Below, one piece after another: positions 47,825 through 54,402 of a stretch of 54,402 bases of DNA. The notes below the pieces were generated by a model, which saw nothing but the letters and a program-made list of their open reading frames with translations, ran no database searches and was not told where the DNA came from. Origin of the DNA: a virus (taxonomy: Duplodnaviria; Caudoviricetes). Within the stretch, counting starts at the first letter, position 1, and each line of letters starts with the position of its first letter. The stretch is from the IMG/VR virus record IMGVR_UViG_3300036766_002274, positions 1 through 54,402 of that record; one strand, given 5' to 3'. A program made the translations under genes and the position numbers.

Positions 47825-48250
47825 ATGGCTGGAGCCTCACAACGCTGGAAAGAAGTCGAGCGCCAGCTCGCAAAGTGGATTGGTGGCGATGCCCACCGCA
47901 TCGCGTCGCGTGGTGTCGCAGAAGCTGATGTCCTCAGTGAGGACTACACCTTTGAGTCGAAGTCACGCGCAGTCGCTGGCTTCCCCAACTGGCTGCTCGG
48001 AGCGTTCGACCAGAGTGAAGTCCAGCACCGCATCTACCCGGACAAGGAGAACTTCGTCTTCCTCGCCGTCCACTATGGACGCGGGAATCCGATGCGGTTC
48101 TTCATAGCCCGTGAAGTTGATTTCAAAACCGACGAGGCCCCGAAGTTTTTGGGTTTAGTCCTAGAAGCCTCGGCCTTCGCGGCAAACGACCTCACACGTA
48201 TTGCAGCACTCGCTCAAGCGAGTGAGCCTGCGGAAAGTGAAGCAGCATGA
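47825..48250 (+). CDS. Holliday junction resolvase-like PD-(D/E)XK nuclease
   Basis: WK..ER..AK..GG..R..DV....FESK..P.WL..A..Q. Confidence 0.75.
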   Translation: MAGASQRWKEVERQLAKWIGGDAHRIASRGVAEADVLSEDYTFESKSRAVAGFPNWLLGAFDQSEVQHRIYPDKENFVFLAVHYGRGNPMRFFIAREVDFKTDEAPKFLGLVLEASAFAANDLTRIAALAQASEPAESEAA

Positions 48251-48371
48251 CACTCACAGAAGCCGAAACAGAAGTCGGTAAGAGCATCCTTTACGGGGTG
48301 CTTATCCTACTCAGCGGCTGGGCGTGCTTCGGCACCCTGCTCGCCATCGACATCACCCGGTGGGTGGTGTC

Positions 48372-48548
48372 GTGAGCCTCCCCAATCGCGGAGCCTACCG
48401 TACCAATAGCCGCACAAGCTACGAGCGCGACCTCGCCGATGCCAAAGCAACACTAGCCATTGGCTGCGGCACCATTATCGCCATGATGGCCTTCTGGCTG
48501 GCACTCGCAGCCGGTATCGCCTTCATCATCAAGGCGGTGCTCCTGTGA
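48372..48548 (+). CDS. Small membrane protein
   Basis: C-terminal hydrophobic helix. Confidence 0.45.
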   Translation: MSLPNRGAYRTNSRTSYERDLADAKATLAIGCGTIIAMMAFWLALAAGIAFIIKAVLL

Positions 48549-48871
48549 GCTACACGCAGGAGTTCAGTGCCGTGAACCTTGACGACGACAATGGCAATCC
48601 TGCCGGTGGCGTTGTCGCCGGTACCGGCCTGAGTATCCGGTGGCAGGATGGCCCACTCGGGAAGGGCGATGACAGGCAGGAGCCGAACGGCGTGTTCGTG
48701 GAGACCGTCCTTTCCGCCGCGCTCCAGCGGCTGAACTACTACCAGTCCGGCAAGTTTCAGTGCTGGCAGAATCACGACGCCATTCTGCACATCTCCCGCG
48801 CCATCGCTTGCTTGCGTGACCGCACGCAGCGCCGTGCGGCGCGTGGTGTAGAGGGGACACACACACCGTGA
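48545..48871 (+). CDS. Tad1/Acb2-like immune-signal sponge protein
   Basis: I.WQ.GP....NGV..E.VL...RL..YQ.G.F.C..N..A..HI..A..L..RT..R..RGVEGT. Confidence 0.72.
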   Translation: MSYTQEFSAVNLDDDNGNPAGGVVAGTGLSIRWQDGPLGKGDDRQEPNGVFVETVLSAALQRLNYYQSGKFQCWQNHDAILHISRAIACLRDRTQRRAARGVEGTHTP

Positions 48872-49039
48872 CCGCCACTTCTAAGTGGGTGCAGTTCATC
48901 ATTGAGTACCCCGTCAATGCTGCCGATGCCGCCATCCTAGAGGTACTTGAAATTGCACGCAGCACGGGCTATGCCCGCGTTGTCAGTGTCGCTGCTCCGG
49001 TGGCATCGCCGGATGACGACAAAGAATGGACAATCGACG

Positions 49040-49969
49040 ATGACTAGTTGGCACAGTTACCCAAGCATCTTCAACTTCGGCCACAAGGCCGTACGCGACA
49101 TCTTCTCCAAGCCGGTCATCGTAGAGGAGAAGGTAGACGGCAGTCAGTTCAGCTTCGGCCTCATCAATGGCGAGCTTCGGCTCAAGTCCAAGAAGCAGGA
49201 GTTCACCGTCGATACGGCACCGACCCTGTTCAGGCTCGCTGCCCAGACCGTCAAGAAGCTCAGTGATGACCTCGTCCCCGAGTACACGTACCGTGGCGAA
49301 TACCTGTCCAAGCCGCAGCACAACACGCTGGCCTACGACCGTGTGCCGGGGCAGCACATCATCATCTTCGACATCAACGATGCCGAGGAGTCCTACCTCA
49401 CTGTCAACGAGAAGCGGTTCGAGGCACTCCGCCTCGGGCTTGAGTGCGTGCCGATGTTCCTCGCTGGCGACAGCGTCACCTACCAAGACATCCTTGGTTT
49501 CCTCGAAACCACGAGTGTTCTCGGTGGTCAGAAAGTAGAAGGCGTGGTCGTCAAGTCCCTCTCTCTCTATGGAGAGGACAAGAAGCTCCTTATCGCCAAG
49601 CACGTCAGTGAGGCGTTTAAAGAGATTCACGGCGGCGAGTGGCGCAAGAACAACCCTGCGAAAAGTGACATCATCGCCGGGCTTATCGCTCGCTACGGTG
49701 GCCCTGCTCGCTACGCCAAGGCAGTCCAGCACCTTCGTGACGAAGGCGTCCTCGAAGACAGCCCGCGTGACATCGGCAAGCTCATCCCAGAACTCAAGCA
49801 AGACTGGGCGAAGGAGTGCGAAGACGACGTGAAGGCCATTCTCTGGACGCACTTCCGAGACCAGATTGAACGCGGCGTTCTTGCCGGGTTCCCGACGTGG
49901 TACAAGTCCGAGCTGCTCAAGCAGCAGTTCGGTGAGCCAGAACTTGAAGAGGAGCTGATAGCAGCATGA
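49040..49969 (+). CDS. ATP-dependent RNA ligase (Rnl2-like)
   Basis: YPSI, EEKVDGS (motif I), RGE, IFDI, EGVVVK, IAKHVSE.FKE. Confidence 0.85.
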   Translation: MTSWHSYPSIFNFGHKAVRDIFSKPVIVEEKVDGSQFSFGLINGELRLKSKKQEFTVDTAPTLFRLAAQTVKKLSDDLVPEYTYRGEYLSKPQHNTLAYDRVPGQHIIIFDINDAEESYLTVNEKRFEALRLGLECVPMFLAGDSVTYQDILGFLETTSVLGGQKVEGVVVKSLSLYGEDKKLLIAKHVSEAFKEIHGGEWRKNNPAKSDIIAGLIARYGGPARYAKAVQHLRDEGVLEDSPRDIGKLIPELKQDWAKECEDDVKAILWTHFRDQIERGVLAGFPTWYKSELLKQQFGEPELEEELIAA

Positions 49970-50208
49970 CCGCACCATACGCAGTCCGTGACCTCCCGCT
50001 CCGTAAGCAGCGGGTCAACGACAGCCCGCAGGCATACGTGGCACCGACAGGTGTCGTCCTCTGCGACCAGTCCAACAAGGTCTGCCATCTCACACAGGCC
50101 GAGGCCACTATGGTCATCACGAAGCTGGGGCGACCCAGTCTTCGCGCCTACCAACACACCGCCCCGAAGGGGTGTGGCTACTGGCATATCGGGCACGTTA
50201 TCTCATGA
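49966..50208 (+). CDS. Hypothetical protein (80 aa)
   Basis: K....EA..RAY..GCGYWHIG motif. Confidence 0.55.
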   Translation: MTAPYAVRDLPLRKQRVNDSPQAYVAPTGVVLCDQSNKVCHLTQAEATMVITKLGRPSLRAYQHTAPKGCGYWHIGHVIS

Positions 50209-50363
50209 GCACAACACTCACGAGCTTCTGTGTCGGTATGTCGCTGGGCATGTCGCTGATTGGCCTTGGTGCCATCCTCACATCGCCAATCACCGGCATC
50301 ATCTGCATGCTTGGTGGCGTCTGCTGGGGCATCATCGCCGCCGACCTCGGAGGTGGAAAGTGA
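50205..50363 (+). CDS. Small two-TM membrane protein
   Basis: Hydrophobic; ATGA overlap. Confidence 0.5.
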   Translation: MSTTLTSFCVGMSLGMSLIGLGAILTSPITGIICMLGGVCWGIIAADLGGGK

Positions 50364-51220
50364 CCGCTCTCGACATCACCTACACGCGTGGTTTGCCGGG
50401 CTCCGGCAAGACCACGTGGGCACGGGAGTTCCTCAAGAACAACCCCGGTTACAAGCGCGTCAACAATGACGAGCTGCGCCTGCTGCTCGATGGCGAACAG
50501 TTCAACCCGAAGAACGAGGGCTTTGTTCGCATTGCCCGCAAGGCACTTATCGCCGTTGCCCTCGGTGACCGCAAGAACGTCCTCGTGGACAACTGCAACC
50601 TGTCCCCGAAGGCCGTCGCTGAGCTGGAGAACATCGCCGCTGCGCACGGTGCCACCACCACCGTCAAGGACTTCACTGACGTGCCGTTCAGTGAGTGCAT
50701 CAGGCGTGATGCCCTCCGGCAGTGCCCCGTTGGCCGCAAGGTCATCAAGCGCATGCGCGATGACTTCCTCCGTGACCAGAAGGTCGTGTATGAGCACGAC
50801 AACAGCCTGCCCAAGTGCATCCTCGTAGATATGGATGGCACGCTCGCTATCCATGGTACGCGTGGAGTCTACGACTTCGAGCACGCTGGCGAAGACGCTT
50901 TAAACGAAGCGGTCGCTTGGCAGGTAGCACTCTGCCACGAAGCTGGCATGAGCGTCATCATCGTTACCGCTCGCGAGGCGAAGTACCGAGAAGTCACACG
51001 CGACTGGCTCAATAAGCACGAGGTGCCCTACAACGCCATCCACATGCGTGGCACCTTCGATGACCGCGAGGACAGTATTGTCAAGCGCGAGCTGTACGAG
51101 AACCACATCGATGGCAAGTACAACGTGCAGGCTGTCTTCGATGACCGCAACCGCGTCGTCAACATGTGGCGCGACCAGCTCGGCCTGACAGTCTTCCAAG
51201 TCGCTGAAGGCGACTTCTAG
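50360..51220 (+). CDS. pseT: Polynucleotide 5'-kinase/3'-phosphatase (T4 PseT-like)
   Basis: RGLPGSGKTTWA, N.D.LR, VDNCN; HAD DMDGT, TAR, D..VK, FDDR..VV.MWR. Confidence 0.92.
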   Translation: MTALDITYTRGLPGSGKTTWAREFLKNNPGYKRVNNDELRLLLDGEQFNPKNEGFVRIARKALIAVALGDRKNVLVDNCNLSPKAVAELENIAAAHGATTTVKDFTDVPFSECIRRDALRQCPVGRKVIKRMRDDFLRDQKVVYEHDNSLPKCILVDMDGTLAIHGTRGVYDFEHAGEDALNEAVAWQVALCHEAGMSVIIVTAREAKYREVTRDWLNKHEVPYNAIHMRGTFDDREDSIVKRELYENHIDGKYNVQAVFDDRNRVVNMWRDQLGLTVFQVAEGDF

Positions 51221-51222
51221 GG

Positions 51223-51555
51223 GTGACACGCAAGCCACCCGCGCAGAAGCGCGTGGTATCTCCTGCCCGTCTCGCGTACCTCAAGATGAGGCGCGAGAAG
51301 GCTCAGGCAAGGCTGGTGAACTGCGAGGTCAACGACTTCAAGCTCAGCCAGTGGGTGCCTATCCTCAAGCAGTTCGACTACACCTGTGTCTACTGCCTGA
51401 AGCGCACGGGACGCCTCACTAAAGACCACGTCGTGCCCCTCCACCGGGGCGGCAATCATACGAGTAGCAACCTTGTCCCGGCCTGCCGTTCCTGCAACAG
51501 CAGCAAGGGCAAGCTCAGTCTAGAGGAATGGTTTGGTCTTGCGGCGTGTGCTTGA
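51223..51555 (+). CDS. HNH endonuclease
   Basis: CVYC..DHVVP..GG.H...NLVPAC..CN..K. Confidence 0.9.
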   Translation: MTRKPPAQKRVVSPARLAYLKMRREKAQARLVNCEVNDFKLSQWVPILKQFDYTCVYCLKRTGRLTKDHVVPLHRGGNHTSSNLVPACRSCNSSKGKLSLEEWFGLAACA

Positions 51556-51581
51556 CACGCACGGTATACGTAAGCTAAGCT
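51552..51581 (+). promoter_or_regulatory. Sigma70-like promoter TTGACA-18-TAAGCT
   Basis: Upstream of the 51606 gene. Confidence 0.5.
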
Positions 51582-51605
51582 AACGGCAGTGAAAGAGAGA
51601 ATGCA

Positions 51606-52637
51606 GTGACAGGCTTTTTTGGGAGCATCCATACGGTGTATCTGGCTGGCCCGATGACGGGCTTCCCGGATTTCAACTACCCCAAGTTCCACGAACTCGC
51701 GGACAAGATTCGCGAGCATGGCTTCATCGTCCGTAACCCGGCCGAGAGCTTCAACGGTGACCAAGCGCAGTCACGCGCCACCTATGCGGTGCATGACGCC
51801 GAACTCGTCGCGACATGCGACGCCGTTGCCGTCATGGATGGCTGGGAGAACAGTGCTGGCTCACGCTTCGAGACGCACGAAGCCGCACTCATCGGCATCC
51901 CCGTCATCGACGCGGACATCCTCGCGCTGAGCGGTGTTGTCGTCGGTATTCCCGTTGACAAGCACGGAGGCCCGCTGCCAAGCGGTGTACCTGTGACACC
52001 GCCCGGCTGGTGGGATACCAAGCGCAACAACAAGCGTGAAGAGCGCGTCAAAAACACGCCATTCTCCATGTCGCTGGTGCCGGGAACGTCGGAGATTCTG
52101 GGCATCTCCCCGCAGGTCGGCACCACGAATGCGAACGGCACCTCGTTTAAAGCCGTCAATCTGGTTGACGAAGACGGCGACATCACGCCGCTCGTCTTCC
52201 GCGAGCGCGTCAAGTCCAAGGTACACGACTACCTCGGTGAGGTAGACGGCGGCGGGTACAAGTCCAGCATGGACAACCCGGAGAAGCTGCCGCTCTGGCT
52301 CATCCCCAACGCACTCGGGCAGGCCGCAGCACGCGCGCTCCAGCACGGTGCTGCCAAGTACGCACCGAACAACTGGCGGCGCGGCATGCCGTACAGCGAG
52401 GTCTACAGCGCACTCCAGCGCCACCTCACGGCGTGGCTCGAAGGCGAGAACTACGACGGCGAGTCCAGCCTCAACCATCTCGACCATGCGGCGGCATGCC
52501 TGTCGTTCCTCTGCGAGTACACGGCACAGCCGCACTACGCCAAGTTCGATGACCGCTTCAAGCGGAACACACCGCGCGTGCCAACCCCGCCGTCGCTGCC
52601 ATTTTCCAGCATCGGCACAGTTGAGTGTGCATCTTGA
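51606..52637 (+). CDS. DUF4406 (NDT-like) fused to DUF5664 dATP/dGTP diphosphohydrolase-like domain
   Basis: YLAGPMTG..NYP.F..NPAE..CDA..GWE.S.G..E; GA.KY..NNWR.G..S..RH..W..GE..D.ES...HL.HA. Confidence 0.82.
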   Translation: MTGFFGSIHTVYLAGPMTGFPDFNYPKFHELADKIREHGFIVRNPAESFNGDQAQSRATYAVHDAELVATCDAVAVMDGWENSAGSRFETHEAALIGIPVIDADILALSGVVVGIPVDKHGGPLPSGVPVTPPGWWDTKRNNKREERVKNTPFSMSLVPGTSEILGISPQVGTTNANGTSFKAVNLVDEDGDITPLVFRERVKSKVHDYLGEVDGGGYKSSMDNPEKLPLWLIPNALGQAAARALQHGAAKYAPNNWRRGMPYSEVYSALQRHLTAWLEGENYDGESSLNHLDHAAACLSFLCEYTAQPHYAKFDDRFKRNTPRVPTPPSLPFSSIGTVECAS

Positions 52638-52888
52638 GCCTCCAAGCCAAGGGCAACCTCATCGCCCTCGCTGTGTGGATAGCAGCCCTCCTCATACTCT
52701 GCGAAGTCCTGATGGGGCAGTGCGTCACACCGGCAAGGGCCGACGTGTCATCGCAGGATGACCCGGCCAACGTCATCGCCTTGACACCGCCGTCCGGCGC
52801 GTGTCCACTCAGCCCCGGCTGGAACCTCGTCACCCTTGAAGGCAACGCCACACTCACTGGCTGTGGCGTGGTTTGGATACTCAAGTGA
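52634..52888 (+). CDS. Small membrane-anchored/secreted protein
   Basis: N-terminal hydrophobic helix; L.PGWNLV. Confidence 0.45.
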   Translation: MSLQAKGNLIALAVWIAALLILCEVLMGQCVTPARADVSSQDDPANVIALTPPSGACPLSPGWNLVTLEGNATLTGCGVVWILK

Positions 52889-53036
52889 GAGCCAAAGACG
52901 AATACGTGCTCACCAAGGCCGACCTCAACACGCCAGTCGAGCACTGGTGTGGGCAGGGGCTACTCGTTGGCAAGCTCCACCGCCTGTTCATCATGTGCCC
53001 GTCCTACCCGCTATGCCAGCATATCGGTGGCGCGCT

Positions 53037-53426
53037 GTGACGCAAGGAACGGCAGACCAAGTGCCCGGTACGTGCTTCTTCTGCGATGCCGTAGCAACCG
53101 TCAACGTCTACTACGTGCAGCGCTCGCACGTAGGCGTGCGCACCTGTGCACCCTGCATCGGCAAAATCAACATTCTGGCCCACCACTTCGGCAACGAGCT
53201 GCGCTTCTGGGTAGCCATGGAAGACGAAGGCGTACCAGAGGCATTAGAGCCATCCACCATCACTGACAGCGATGTTGGTGATGCAGTCCTCGCCGCCATG
53301 GAGCTGCTCAAGCAGCGCTACGAAAACAAGGGAGCAGACAATGACATCACCGCTACCGCAGAACCCACCCCGGACACGCAAGCCAAGGACGCCCCGGACA
53401 TCGGCGGTGGCCCCGTCATCTTCTGA
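53037..53426 (+). CDS. Zn-finger protein (CFFC..CAPC), start uncertain
   Basis: CxxC pairs; GTGA overlap. Confidence 0.55.
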   Translation: MTQGTADQVPGTCFFCDAVATVNVYYVQRSHVGVRTCAPCIGKINILAHHFGNELRFWVAMEDEGVPEALEPSTITDSDVGDAVLAAMELLKQRYENKGADNDITATAEPTPDTQAKDAPDIGGGPVIF

Positions 53427-53552
53427 TGCCCTACCAGAGGTAGAGACGCGCACGCCATGCCGGGACTGCAACGCAACCGGCATCTACTGGGCGGACTTTA
53501 AATACTACAAGACGTGCAAGACCTGCCACGGGAACCGCTGGGAGCCAGCCGC

Positions 53553-53747
53553 ATGAAGTGGTGGAGCTTACTTAAGCTCCAGACCAAGTGGTTGGCTTGC
53601 CCCAACTGTAACAAGAGGATGCTCACCATCAGTGGTGGGCGTACCGCCAACTGTGGAGGATGCGGTCATAGCCACTCAAGCACGCAGCATTTTCAGGATA
53701 GTCGAAACAATCTACCCACGCCGGTACCGTTCGGCAACGGACGGTAA
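53553..53747 (+). CDS. Zn-ribbon protein (CPNC..CGGC)
   Basis: GGAG RBS, ATGA overlap. Confidence 0.5.
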   Translation: MKWWSLLKLQTKWLACPNCNKRMLTISGGRTANCGGCGHSHSSTQHFQDSRNNLPTPVPFGNGR

Positions 53748-54048
53748 CGGCCAAGGCGGCAGCAGGGCACTTGGGCCTGACGGCTTCTTTGATGACAACT
53801 TCATACCCATGTACGCAGACGCAGGCTGCGTCCTGCACGATGCGTGCCTGACGTGCCCGCTCACGTCCTGCCTGCAAGACGTGAAATCAGAGCCATCCGG
53901 CATGAACCACCGGTGGTCAGTGAACACGGCGCTGGAGCGCCACGTTGAGGCTGGCGGCATCGTCACCGCCTGCATGGCGTCCCACTACACCGGCAAGCAG
54001 GACATCGTGACGACATACGAGGAGGAACTCGAATGTGCAGCAGCGTAA
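53632..54048 (+). CDS. Cys-rich protein (Y.D.GC....CL.CP...C..D), start uncertain
   Basis: Four-Cys cluster. Confidence 0.5.
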   Translation: MVGVPPTVEDAVIATQARSIFRIVETIYPRRYRSATDGNGQGGSRALGPDGFFDDNFIPMYADAGCVLHDACLTCPLTSCLQDVKSEPSGMNHRWSVNTALERHVEAGGIVTACMASHYTGKQDIVTTYEEELECAAA

Positions 54049-54105
54049 CTGACATCCCAGAGGCCCACGAGCATAGGTGGATGTGTACGTGCTAGGAGAG
54101 CAACC

Positions 54106-54402
54106 ATGACCGTTGACTACACCGAGCTAGAGGCGCTGGCACAGGCGGCAGTGAAGGCAACACACGCACTCTTTTTGTGGGAGTGCTGCGACGTGTACCA
54201 AACCGATGAGGCACGAGACCTACAGCAGACAGTCATCAATGCGCGGCTTGCGTTGGGGACTCAGGCCGCTGCTATCCTCGCCCTGCTCGCCGAGCTGGAA
54301 GCGGCAGAAGCCAAACTAGCACGCGTGGGTAAGCACCTCTGTACAGGCGAGTGCTTCGACAAGCAGGGCATTGCCCTGCACTCAGCCTTTAAAGAGGCAT
54401 GA
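54106..54402 (+). CDS. Ead/Ea22-like hypothetical protein
   Basis: AGGAG RBS; EL.ALA.AA..AILALLAELEAAE. Confidence 0.6.
   Translation: MTVDYTELEALAQAAVKATHALFLWECCDVYQTDEARDLQQTVINARLALGTQAAAILALLAELEAAEAKLARVGKHLCTGECFDKQGIALHSAFKEA

Noticed and set aside
51606-52637. Z-genome (2-aminoadenine) pathway
   Set aside because: No PurZ, DatZ or DNA polymerase A recognisable in the window
1-54402. Stop-codon reassignment
   Set aside because: Core genes are full length in code 11, all three stop codons end genes, and no suppressor anticodon is seen

Overview
The window is a near-complete ~54 kb temperate dsDNA phage or prophage, roughly 60-63% GC by eye, with a podovirus-like virion. It opens with a tyrosine integrase followed by a complete tRNA-Ala(GGC). 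A long minus-strand arm (read from 34.6 kb back to 1.4 kb) carries a DnaB-like helicase, TerS/TerL, an EndoVII-type nuclease, portal, putative ejection proteins (including a 2457-aa polyvalent protein), scaffold, major capsid protein, tail genes and a lysis cassette. A ~2 kb non-coding switch region (34.6-36.55 kb) holds hairpin-rich origin-like DNA and a candidate ~580-nt structured ncRNA. The plus-strand arm encodes a MoxR AAA+/VWA pair, a Prim-Pol, an XRE repressor (minus strand), a Cas4-like nuclease, two tRNAs (one atypical), a resolvase, a Tad1-like sponge, RNA ligase plus PNK, an HNH and a DUF4406-DUF5664 fusion. The most striking unexplained signals are 35 fairly evenly spaced copies of TTTAAA, kept even where they force rare codons, and the large structured RNA candidate. 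All protein calls are from motif recognition by eye; no searches were run.
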